DNA of 64,000 bases from a virus. Positions 1-7,673 of this stretch are shown here, piece by piece. A program made the position numbers and the translations under genes. The stretch covers positions 264-64,263 of IMG/VR virus record IMGVR_UViG_3300048915_000044. One strand, written 5' to 3'. The notes beneath the pieces were generated by a model, which was given only the letters and a program-made list of their open reading frames with translations, ran no database searches and was not told where the DNA came from. Numbering within the stretch: position 1 is the first letter of the stretch; every line of letters begins with the position of its first letter.

Positions 1-328
1 TGACGGTCAGGCGAGAGCTGGCGACCTTCGAATCATCCTCATGGCGCGACAGCGTGCCGGACTGCTCGACGACGGCAAACTTCGAAGTCGCTGGCCGGTA
101 GTAGCGCAGGACATGCAGCGGGTCTTCGCAGGCATGAAGGCCGCCAGAGCATGCCTGGACTTCGCCCTTGTGCTCGAACGTCTCGCCGACGGCGTACTGC
201 ATGCCTCGGCACTTCCAGTCCATGTCGAAGCCTTTGTACGAGACGATCGTCTCGGTGTGCTGGGGCACCGCGACTTCCGCGGCGGTCTTGCTCGTCTTCT
301 TGGCGGCTTTCGCCTTCGGTGCGGTCAT
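1..328 (-). CDS. DUF7666-like phage protein (runs off the left edge)
   Basis: Manual translation: MTAPKAK...YKGFDMDWKCRGMQYAVGETFEHKGEVQACSGGLHACEDPLHVLRYY...DDSKVASSRLT, a motif typical of this phage family. Not in the ORF track. Confidence 0.75.
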   Translation of the reverse strand, partial: MTAPKAKAAKKTSKTAAEVAVPQHTETIVSYKGFDMDWKCRGMQYAVGETFEHKGEVQACSGGLHACEDPLHVLRYYRPATSKFAVVEQSGTLSRHEDDSKVASSRLTV

Positions 329-379
329 GTCATTCCTTGGTAAGTAGAGAGGCCCTGCAGGGTGTGCGGCGATGGGGGG

Positions 380-742
380 TCAGTCCTTGCGCATCGACTC
401 GGCGAACGCGGACGCCATGCGCTCGGCCAGCTTGTCCATGTCGGCGGAGAGCACCTTGTCTGCGGTCATCCGAATGAGCTCGCGGATGCGCGCGGCCAGC
501 GCTTCGTCTTCCTTGAGCAGGCGGGCCGTTTCGGTGCGGGCCAGTTGCTCCACGGCCGACTCGAACGCGAGTTCGATGGGCGACTTCTTGCGATCCCAGG
601 AGTTGGTGCTGGGCGCCATCAATGCTTGGATGGCCTTTTCGAGGACGCTCGCCCGAACTTCAGGGGTGAGGACACCAAGCATTGCTTGGACGGTGGCTTC
701 GCGGAGGGCATCTCCGTCGAGTTTCAAGGTGATGTCGGTCAA
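380..742 (-). CDS. Hypothetical phage protein
   Basis: 120-aa ORF with GGAG RBS, in operon orientation. Confidence 0.7.
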   Translation of the reverse strand: MTDITLKLDGDALREATVQAMLGVLTPEVRASVLEKAIQALMAPSTNSWDRKKSPIELAFESAVEQLARTETARLLKEDEALAARIRELIRMTADKVLSADMDKLAERMASAFAESMRKD

Positions 743-753
743 TCTCTTCTCCT

Positions 754-930
754 TCAGGGGTGAGGCGCGCTGGCCGCTTGTTCGGCGTGGTGCGCCCAGG
801 TGTCGAGGAACGGCTCGCGCGCCGCTCGGTGCTTGTTGGCTGCGATCGCACCCATCACGGCCATGCCGAAGGTCGCGAGGTTGAAAGCGATCAGGGCGGC
901 GTAGAGAAGGCGGCGGCGGGTGAACTTCAT
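754..930 (-). CDS. Small membrane/exported peptide (58 aa)
   Basis: Manual translation MKFTRRRLLYAALIAFNLATFGMAVMGAIAA...; ATGA overlap with the upstream ORF. Confidence 0.65.
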   Translation of the reverse strand: MKFTRRRLLYAALIAFNLATFGMAVMGAIAANKHRAAREPFLDTWAHHAEQAASAPHP

Positions 931-1109
931 TTGGCGCAGTCCTTGGGCTCAGAGGACGTGCCGCAGAAGGGGCACTTGGGGTGGTAGGACAGGTACGACA
1001 GGCCGCAGGCAGGAGCGGGACAGCGAACGGTGGTTGCGCGAGCGGTCGGCGTGGGCGCGGGACGCTCGCGGCGCTCGCGGTAGTAGTCGGGGGTGCCTTT
1101 GGCAGTCAT
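927..1109 (-). CDS. Small zinc-ribbon protein
   Basis: CPAPAC...CPFC motifs; 4-nt overlaps with both neighbours. Confidence 0.65.
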   Translation of the reverse strand: MTAKGTPDYYRERRERPAPTPTARATTVRCPAPACGLSYLSYHPKCPFCGTSSEPKDCAK

Positions 1110-1693
1110 GCTTGGACTCCCTTGCGCGCGCGTTTTGATGGCAGAGAGAGCGCTCGCTCAACATCCCAGCCAGCCCGCAAGCGGCGCGAGAGCAGGTCAT
1201 AGTTGACGCCGAGTTGCCTAGCCCATTCCGCGAGGTGCAGAGTGCGGCCCTGGTATGTCAGCAAGGGGCCGGTTTCGTGTGATCCGCGCGTGAGAGCGCG
1301 ATCAAGTTCCCACCCAGCCCTGATTCGGTTCCACAGAGTCCCTGTTGGGATTCCAGCGCAGCGCGCCCACTCAGCAACGGTCTTGGACTCGCCTCGCCAC
1401 ACAAGGATGCGATTACTCGTCCGGTTGTTGTTCTGTTCCAGGCGGGTAGCCCACCGACAGTTGCCGGGGCCGTAGCCCTCCGAGTTCCGCAGCCGGTCAA
1501 GCGTATGCGCAGGTGTTGGGCACTCGCCCATGTCCTCCAGGAACGCTGGAAACTCTTCCCAGCGCGCGCAGACCTTGATGCCGCTGCCGCCGTACTCGGG
1601 ATAGTTGATCGCGTTGGGGTCATTGCAACGCTGGTTCATGGACTTCCAGCGCGCATAGGTCAGCGTACCGCTGAGACCATGGGTCTTTGCCAT
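1106..1693 (-). CDS. HNH homing-type endonuclease with C-terminal DNA-binding repeats
   Basis: HGLSGT.TY.RWKSMNQRC.DPN..NY..YGG.GIKVC.RW..F..FLEDMG...HTLDR..N..GY.PGNCRWAT..EQNNN; true start is the ATG at 1693 after AGGAG. Confidence 0.9.
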   Translation of the reverse strand: MAKTHGLSGTLTYARWKSMNQRCNDPNAINYPEYGGSGIKVCARWEEFPAFLEDMGECPTPAHTLDRLRNSEGYGPGNCRWATRLEQNNNRTSNRILVWRGESKTVAEWARCAGIPTGTLWNRIRAGWELDRALTRGSHETGPLLTYQGRTLHLAEWARQLGVNYDLLSRRLRAGWDVERALSLPSKRARKGVQA

Positions 1694-1748
1694 TCCGTGC
1701 TCCTGAACGAGACTGAGACCACTCAGCGCGTTTTCAAGCACGACGGGT

Positions 1749-1813
1749 GGGCGGGATGTTGAAAACCTGAGTTCAGTCAGGCAGGCAGCCTTACGGGTAG
1801 CCTCATCCCGCCC
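1749..1813 (-). ncRNA. c4-like antisense RNA (P1 c4 / P4 CI type)
   Basis: Closing stem GGGCGGGATG/CATCCCGCCC encloses CTGAACTCAGGTTTTCAA, which is complementary to sites at 1867-1887 and 1721-1738. Confidence 0.65.
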
Positions 1814-1899
1814 AAAACTAAAATGTTTGGACGTGACAAAGCCGCGCTGACGGGGCGGCATAACCGCTGAACTCATGACGTTTTCAAGCGTCTTTGGCG

Positions 1900-1928
1900 A
1901 GTGTATGCCTACGCGACGCAACGTGCAA
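1900..1928 (-). promoter_or_regulatory. Sigma70-like promoter for the c4-like RNA/HNH unit
   Basis: TTGCAC-N17-TACACT on the minus strand. Confidence 0.6.
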
Positions 1929-1980
1929 CCGTCGAGGGGCGCGACCAGATTCCAGCGCACGGGCATGAGGGCCTTGACCG

Positions 1981-2346
1981 TCATGCTGCAGGCGCCCTGT
2001 TGGCGGACTTGAGCCAGCCACCGGCTTGACTGCCGATGCTTCCGAGCAGCTCCATCGACTCAGCCCACAGCTTCGGTGCCGTCAGGTATCGCGCGTCATG
2101 GCAGACGCGCAGCAGCACCGTGACGGCGCGCTGCCGCTGGAGCAACTCCTGGATGTAGGCCGCCCGCACCTCGCGCTGCGAGGCGTTGGCGAGTGCCATC
2201 AGGTCGAGCATCTCGATGCAGTGCTGCATGATCTTCTCGCCCAGCAGCCGCTTGACGCTGCGCGGGAGCTGCTCCTGCACCTTCACCGCAAGGGCGAGCA
2301 GGCGCACGCCAGTACGATGGATCGGCAGTTGGTCGTGGATAGCCAT
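1981..2346 (-). CDS. avd: DGR accessory variability determinant (Avd, four-helix bundle)
   Basis: LPIHRTG..LL......QLPR..KR.LGEK....C.EML.L...AN...R...L.......G.QAGGWLKS pattern, directly downstream of two CLec targets. Confidence 0.88.
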   Translation of the reverse strand: MAIHDQLPIHRTGVRLLALAVKVQEQLPRSVKRLLGEKIMQHCIEMLDLMALANASQREVRAAYIQELLQRQRAVTVLLRVCHDARYLTAPKLWAESMELLGSIGSQAGGWLKSANRAPAA

Positions 2347-2378
2347 GTGGCAGGGCTCAATTCAAAGGATTGAAGGAC

Positions 2379-2825
2379 TCAGGGATTCAATCTGCGGAGG
2401 GCTCGCGCGCAGTGCTTGCAGTCGACGTAGTTCGCGTACTGGCTGCCGAGGCCGAAGTCCTGCATCCAGGCGCCCGAGCCGTTCTCATGCTTCTCGCTGG
2501 ACCAGTACCAGCAGTCCTGGAAGCCTGCCTTCGCGTTGGCGAAGAGCAGCGACTGCTCGCGGCGGGTGGGCAGCTCGCCGCCAGCCTTCGCCGCCCAGGC
2601 CTTGGCATCAGCCCAGGTCGCCTCGGTCTCGCCTGGCAGGAGCACCAAGTGGTGCGACGGCGTCCCGTCGTCGTTCAGGATCAGGCCGGCGTAGGTCTCG
2701 CCTTCGGCCAGGTCGATCTCGGCTTCGTCGATGGTGATGACGCGCGGCTTCGCGCGCTCGAACGCGACAACCTTCTCGTTCAGGCGTGCGACGTCGGCCT
2801 TGAGCTCTTCGATGGTGATGGTCAT
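2379..2825 (-). CDS. DUF1566 / C-type-lectin-fold DGR target protein 2
   Basis: TWADAKAWA..GGELPTRREQSLLFAN...WYWSSE...AW.Q.F..G.Q......ARA.R; C-terminal variable repeat. Confidence 0.9.
   Translation of the reverse strand: MTITIEELKADVARLNEKVVAFERAKPRVITIDEAEIDLAEGETYAGLILNDDGTPSHHLVLLPGETEATWADAKAWAAKAGGELPTRREQSLLFANAKAGFQDCWYWSSEKHENGSGAWMQDFGLGSQYANYVDCKHCARALRRLNP
2394..2480 (-). repeat. DGR variable repeat (VR) in target 2
   Basis: 87 nt; differs from 2867-2953 at 19 positions, all at codon positions 1-2. Confidence 0.85.
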
Positions 2826-2845
2826 GTGCGTGGCTCCTGGAAGGA

Positions 2846-3250
2846 TCAAAGGACCAAAGGAATCATGCGGACGGCTCGCGCGCAGCTCTTGCTGGTGACG
2901 TAGCCCGCGCTCTGGTAGCCGTAGCTGAAGTACTGCAACCAGGCGTACGAGCCGCTGTAGGCTTCCGACGTCCAGTGCCACTCGGGCTCGAACTGGGCCT
3001 TCGCGTTGGCGAAGAGCATGGCCGCGGCCGGGCGCGCCGGCAGCTCGCCTCCGACGCTCTCGGCCCACTTCTTGGCGTCGGCCCAGTTCAGCTCCTCGTC
3101 GGGCTTGTCGGCCAGGAGAACGACGGCGACATGCACGCCGCTGGGAAGCGTCAGAATGCCCTGGAACGTGCCGCCCTCGAGCGGCGAGCCGAGCGCCAGG
3201 GCGGCGACGGCCGCGAGCGCAAGGGGCTTGATTTCGGTCTTGGTGGTCAT
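2846..3250 (-). CDS. DUF1566 / C-type-lectin-fold DGR target protein 1
   Basis: NWADAKKWAESVGGELPAR...WHWTSE..YAWLQYFSYGYQ...ARAVR. Confidence 0.9.
   Translation of the reverse strand: MTTKTEIKPLALAAVAALALGSPLEGGTFQGILTLPSGVHVAVVLLADKPDEELNWADAKKWAESVGGELPARPAAAMLFANAKAQFEPEWHWTSEAYSGSYAWLQYFSYGYQSAGYVTSKSCARAVRMIPLVL
2867..2953 (-). repeat. DGR variable repeat (VR) in target 1
   Basis: Paralogous to 2394-2480; followed by a TCCTTT-rich tail, as is the other VR. Confidence 0.85.
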
Positions 3251-3276
3251 GGATGCCTTTCAGGCGTGGTGAGGAT

Positions 3277-3365
3277 TGGTGGGCGGCCCGGGCGCAACTC
3301 CGGGTTCTTGCTTACGCCAGGGAGGCGTGGCGCACTCGGTCAGCTCACGGCGCTTGCCGCCGCCC
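3277..3365 (-). ncRNA. tRNA-shaped element of unknown function
   Basis: GGGCGGC...GCCGCCC-A-CCA closing stem with a CCGG/CCGG hairpin just before it; no canonical TTCRA loop. Confidence 0.4.
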
Positions 3366-3378
3366 CGTTGTTGGTCTG

Positions 3379-3669
3379 TCAGATGAACATCGCGAGGCAG
3401 TCGTACTGCTCGTCGTAGCGCACGCCGCAGCGCGCCAGCTCGACGACCTGCTCCTGAGTGATGACTTCGGCCAGTGCCTCGCAGTCGGTAACGAGGTAGA
3501 TCTCGTCGTGCTCGGCTGCCAAGACCATGTCGTCGCTGCCGGGCGCGAGTTCGGAGAGCAGCAGAAACGCCGCGATGTCGGGCCTCGGATGGCGAGGGTT
3601 CTCGATGCGGTCGAACTGGATGTATTCGTCCTCGGCTGCCTCGAAGGCTCTCTGAAGATCAACGGTCAT
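3379..3669 (-). CDS. Acidic hypothetical phage protein
   Basis: 96-aa ORF with GGAG RBS. Confidence 0.75.
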   Translation of the reverse strand: MTVDLQRAFEAAEDEYIQFDRIENPRHPRPDIAAFLLLSELAPGSDDMVLAAEHDEIYLVTDCEALAEVITQEQVVELARCGVRYDEQYDCLAMFI

Positions 3670-3808
3670 GTGATGCTCTCCGGGGTAGAAAAGTGGCGGC
3701 GCCGTTGGGGTGTCGGGTTACGCTGATGGGCTCGGAAGGGGAGTGACGTCGCCCGCACAGTTGCTGCCGACACGGCGCCGCCGAAACTGGTTCGGTTGCG
3801 AAGTTGGT

Positions 3809-5422
3809 TTAGTCCCAGCGGTCGATCAGGTACTCCATCGGGACTGGGCCGCCATGGACGCGCACACTGATCGGCGAGTTCGAACCGGCGCTGATCTGCA
3901 AGCCGGCTGCATGTGGCTGGTCGAGACCCTGCATGTCAGCGTTGCGAGAGAACGACTCGATCACCGAGCGCATGCCGTGGAACTCGCTGCGAAGAATCTC
4001 GGGGAACAGCGCTGCGCCGGCCGAGCGAGTTTCTCGAGCATCGCGAACGACAAACGTCGCGGACTGGCCTTGGTGGCTCATGCCGCTGCCCCACATGGAG
4101 GGCTTGAGGGCAACGGCCGAGACCTCGTGGTACTTGTCGCCCAGCAGGCCGTATTGCGATGCCGGCGCGCCACCATTCCAGACGTACCACGACACCGGGT
4201 TGCGCGCGTCCTCGCGATCCCATTGCAGAATGGGCGGCGCCGAGGCATCCGCGGCGGTGACGAAGACGACCCAGTTCGACGAATGCGACGGCACCAGGAC
4301 ATCGATGCGTTCGGCGTTCGGCAGCACGGTACGCGAGAACTTGTCGAAGGTCATCGTCTGCGCCGGTACGCGCATGCTGGCCGGCATCGGATCGGCTCCC
4401 TTAGCCTTGAGGTGGCCGAACACGCCAGCCCTGGTCGGGTCGGAAGTGCGCGGCGCAGGCTTCCACAGCGCTTGCAATTCGTCCATGCGCGCAAGGCGGC
4501 GCGTCAACGCCCCGGCCGCACCGAGCTTCGCGAACGCGGCTTCTGCTGCGGCGATGGCGCCGGCACTTGGGGCGGACTGCGGGCGCTGGTATTGCAGCGG
4601 GTGCATTTTGGCAGCGAACTTGCGCGAGACATCGGCGAAGTCCAGGCCGGCGGCGATGTCCTCCAGCAGCGAGCCGATCATCGACGAGCGCGGGTGGCAG
4701 AAGCCGGCCGGCGCCGCGGCGATGCGGCGCCAGGTCAGGTTGCGGCGCAGCGCCTGGTTGCGGTTGTCGTCGCGGATGGCGATGAGGTCGCGCAGGAACT
4801 GGGCCGGGCCGATCACCTTCTCGGAACGATAAAGGGCGTCGGAGTTGAGCAGCTGCAGAGCTTGGTCGACCTGGGCGCCCGTGAAGTCGCCGAGCGCGCG
4901 CTGCATGTTGCGGTAGTCCTCGCGCTTCTCGGCCATCGATTGACCGGCAGTCAGCAGCGGATGCTTGTGGACCATCGTGATGGGCAGGGTTGCCGACAGG
5001 TGGCGCCAGATGCCCGTGACGGGTTGCCCCAAGGTCTTGTCGCCGGACTGGAATACACCCGTCACCTCGGCGCGACCGACTGCGTGCTGAAGGGCAATGA
5101 TCGAGGGAGCGCAGTCAGCATCCGCCTCGCCACCGCTCCACATAGCCGATGTGGCGACCCCGTTCTGGTCGATGAAGACGAGGCCACCGAAGCGCTCGAT
5201 GAAGTGCCGGCAGGCGTTGCAGTTGTGGTATTGCTGGTCGTGCGGCGCAAAGTGCCCGAGGTAGGTTTCCCACAGGCCCTCGGCGTTCGTGGTGAACAGA
5301 GCTCCATGCTCCGCCGCCATGGCGCTGAACCGGGCGCTCATGCGCGCAAGGAAGGCGTCATAGGAGGGGTCGTCGTGGTTGCCGTGTTGTCGGTCGGCTT
5401 CGGAGGTGAGGACTGCGGGCAT
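3809..5422 (-). CDS. Conserved 537-aa phage protein of unknown function
   Basis: Long ORF with AGGAG RBS; HNCNACRHF metal-binding-like motif. Confidence 0.85.
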   Translation of the reverse strand: MPAVLTSEADRQHGNHDDPSYDAFLARMSARFSAMAAEHGALFTTNAEGLWETYLGHFAPHDQQYHNCNACRHFIERFGGLVFIDQNGVATSAMWSGGEADADCAPSIIALQHAVGRAEVTGVFQSGDKTLGQPVTGIWRHLSATLPITMVHKHPLLTAGQSMAEKREDYRNMQRALGDFTGAQVDQALQLLNSDALYRSEKVIGPAQFLRDLIAIRDDNRNQALRRNLTWRRIAAAPAGFCHPRSSMIGSLLEDIAAGLDFADVSRKFAAKMHPLQYQRPQSAPSAGAIAAAEAAFAKLGAAGALTRRLARMDELQALWKPAPRTSDPTRAGVFGHLKAKGADPMPASMRVPAQTMTFDKFSRTVLPNAERIDVLVPSHSSNWVVFVTAADASAPPILQWDREDARNPVSWYVWNGGAPASQYGLLGDKYHEVSAVALKPSMWGSGMSHQGQSATFVVRDARETRSAGAALFPEILRSEFHGMRSVIESFSRNADMQGLDQPHAAGLQISAGSNSPISVRVHGGPVPMEYLIDRWD

Positions 5423-5449
5423 TCGATTCTCCTGGGGTGGGGGGATGGA

Positions 5450-6793
5450 TCAGGTCGCGACGGTCTCGCGCGCCTCGTCGGTCAGGCGCCGCAAGGTGCC
5501 CCACCATTCGGGGCTCGGCTTCGGGTGCGCGGGAAAGCGACCGGCGAAGGCTTCGTCGATGTGCGCCAGCAGGGCGGACAGCGCATCGGCGGCGGACGGT
5601 TCGGGTTCGGCGAACGTGACCGGCCCCGGGGTGGGATGCAGCACGCCGGTCGACACGGCCATGCGGCCGGTGTAGGCCACCGGTTCTTCGGCGGCCGGCA
5701 GCGTCCAGGGCTTGGTGGCGATGTCATCCATGTCGGCGGCGGGTGTAGCCTCGTAGGCATCCGCGATCACCTCGGCCGGCGTGGCGTCGGCGGCGACCTG
5801 CAGCGCTCCGGCCGCAGCCTTTTGCGCCAGGCGGTTGGCTTCGATGATCCGTTTCAGGTCGGCATCTTTTGCGGCCTGCGCTTCGGCCTGCTGGCGGCCG
5901 AGCTCGGCTGACGCCGCTTCTCGGGCAGCCTTCGCTTCGGCGTCGCGCTGGGCCTGCGCCGCAGCCTCGACCCGGTCTGCCTCGGCCTTCTCCGCCGCCG
6001 CGATGACCGCCAGCTTGCGATCGATCTCCGCTTGCTTCTCAGCGAGAGCGCGCTCCTTCTCCGCGAGTTCGGCGGCGACGCGCTCGTTCTCGATGCGCTG
6101 GGCTTCGCGGGCGGCGGCTTCGTCCTCGGCGGTCTTGGTGCTGCTGAAAAGCGCCTGTAGTGCTTCGAGGGTCTGCTCCTTCTGCATCTCGGCGCCGACG
6201 GCGAACTCTTCCCACTGCTCCGGGATGGTGTCGATGCCCGACACGCCATTGATGATGGTCAGGATCTGCGCCGAGGTCTTGCCCTGCGCCTGGCCGACGT
6301 AGCTGGCCAGCTTGGCGATGTTCTCGCGGTGGACGGCGACGCGGGCCGCTTCCTTGGCCTCGCGCTCGGCCTTCTCGGCAGCGAGGTCGGCGTCGCGCGC
6401 TTCGATTTGCGGCGTGATGAGCTTCTCGGCCTCGGCGAACCCGGCCTCGATGGACTCCAGGCGGGCGCCTACGGCCTTGCTGACCGCCGTGAGCTTGGCC
6501 TTGAGGCCCTTGTTGACCTTGCGAGCCTCGGCGAGCGGGGCGTTGATGAGCCGCTCGCGCAGGGACTTGGCCTCGGCCAGCTTCGTCGCCGTCGACAGGT
6601 CGTGAACGACACCGGTCAGCTTCTGGCGGGCGGTTTGCAGCGCCACGTTGGACACGTCGAAGTGGGCCAGTGCGATCTTCTGCAGGTCGATGTCCTCGAT
6701 GGCGAGGTCGGCGGCCTTGGTGGTGGCGACGGACGACTGCGGCGCGGCGGTCTCGGGTTCGTCGAGGGTCGGGAAGATGTCGAAGTCGGACAT
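5450..6793 (-). CDS. Coiled-coil protein of the recombination module
   Basis: A/E/K-rich heptad region; next to the exonuclease. Confidence 0.8.
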   Translation of the reverse strand: MSDFDIFPTLDEPETAAPQSSVATTKAADLAIEDIDLQKIALAHFDVSNVALQTARQKLTGVVHDLSTATKLAEAKSLRERLINAPLAEARKVNKGLKAKLTAVSKAVGARLESIEAGFAEAEKLITPQIEARDADLAAEKAEREAKEAARVAVHRENIAKLASYVGQAQGKTSAQILTIINGVSGIDTIPEQWEEFAVGAEMQKEQTLEALQALFSSTKTAEDEAAAREAQRIENERVAAELAEKERALAEKQAEIDRKLAVIAAAEKAEADRVEAAAQAQRDAEAKAAREAASAELGRQQAEAQAAKDADLKRIIEANRLAQKAAAGALQVAADATPAEVIADAYEATPAADMDDIATKPWTLPAAEEPVAYTGRMAVSTGVLHPTPGPVTFAEPEPSAADALSALLAHIDEAFAGRFPAHPKPSPEWWGTLRRLTDEARETVAT

Positions 6794-6809
6794 GGGGTTC
6801 TCCAGCGGG

Positions 6810-7673
6810 CTAGAAGAAGTCGGGCAGGGCGACGGCGCCCGCGGGGACGGTGCGGCGGGTGGCGGGCTCTGCGGCGGCAGACGGCTCGCTGGGCTGGCCG
6901 GGCAGGTCTTCCCAGGGCAGCGTCTCGGGCTGCTTGCCGTTGTGGGTGCGGTCGAACTCGTTGACGACCTGCCGGTAGTAGCGGCGCGCGGCGGCGACCT
7001 TGTCGGCGATCAGCGACTCGAGCGCGCGGTCACGTTCGACGAGCCACGTCGTCCAGCGGTGCGCTTCCGGGATGTGGTCCACGAAGTGCAACTGCGGCGG
7101 CTCGAACCCGACGAGTTCTTCCGGGGTGCTGACCAGCGTGTAATCCACGCTCCAGGTCTCGGCATCCCAGAGGATCATGTACCCGCGCATCTGCCATTCG
7201 TAGCCCGAGTCGTAGCAGTCGGCCAAGACGATCGGCATCGACTCCATGGAGTAGGGCGCCTTGATGTCGCGGCCATGGCGGATGGGCGCGTCGAAGATGT
7301 CGCACTCGCCGGAGATCGTGCCGTTGTTGCGGCGCTCGCTGTTCTTGACCAGCGGACGGCCCGTCAGGCGCGCCAGCATTTCGATGCACTGGCCTTCGAC
7401 GGCGCGGCCCTTGAGGATCGGACGCGTTTCGATCTCGCCCGGCTCGTAGCCGTAGATCGCCTCGCGCACCAGCTTGCGGACATGGGTCTTGCCGCCAGCC
7501 GACAGGCTCTTGCGGCGGACTTCCTCCAGGACTGACTTCTCTTCGTCGCTGCGCTTGGTCTTGGCGATGATCGCCTGCACCTCGGGCGTGACGTGCAGCG
7601 GGTCGAGATCGGCGTTCTCGGGCTTGGCCATCAGGTGGCCGATGGACGAGCAACGGATGATGAGTTCGCTCAT
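6810..7673 (-). CDS. YqaJ/lambda-exonuclease-like nuclease
   Basis: IRCSSIG...KG..VE...ISGECD...DIKAPY...YEWQMRGYM; start MSELII at 7673. Confidence 0.88.
   Translation of the reverse strand: MSELIIRCSSIGHLMAKPENADLDPLHVTPEVQAIIAKTKRSDEEKSVLEEVRRKSLSAGGKTHVRKLVREAIYGYEPGEIETRPILKGRAVEGQCIEMLARLTGRPLVKNSERRNNGTISGECDIFDAPIRHGRDIKAPYSMESMPIVLADCYDSGYEWQMRGYMILWDAETWSVDYTLVSTPEELVGFEPPQLHFVDHIPEAHRWTTWLVERDRALESLIADKVAAARRYYRQVVNEFDRTHNGKQPETLPWEDLPGQPSEPSAAAEPATRRTVPAGAVALPDFF

Noticed and set aside
1415-1445. AAC-rich stretch (EQNNNRTSN) as a possible DGR template repeat
   Set aside because: It is the conserved Asn motif of the HNH domain and does not align to the VRs.
1694-1984. N-terminal extension of the HNH ORF (292 aa in the track)
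   Set aside because: The region holds a promoter and structured RNA; the AGGAG RBS and the family N-terminus point to the ATG at 1693.
3710-5911. 733-aa plus-strand ORF
   Set aside because: Antisense shadow of the real minus-strand genes; Arg/Gly-rich composition typical of GC-rich off-frames.
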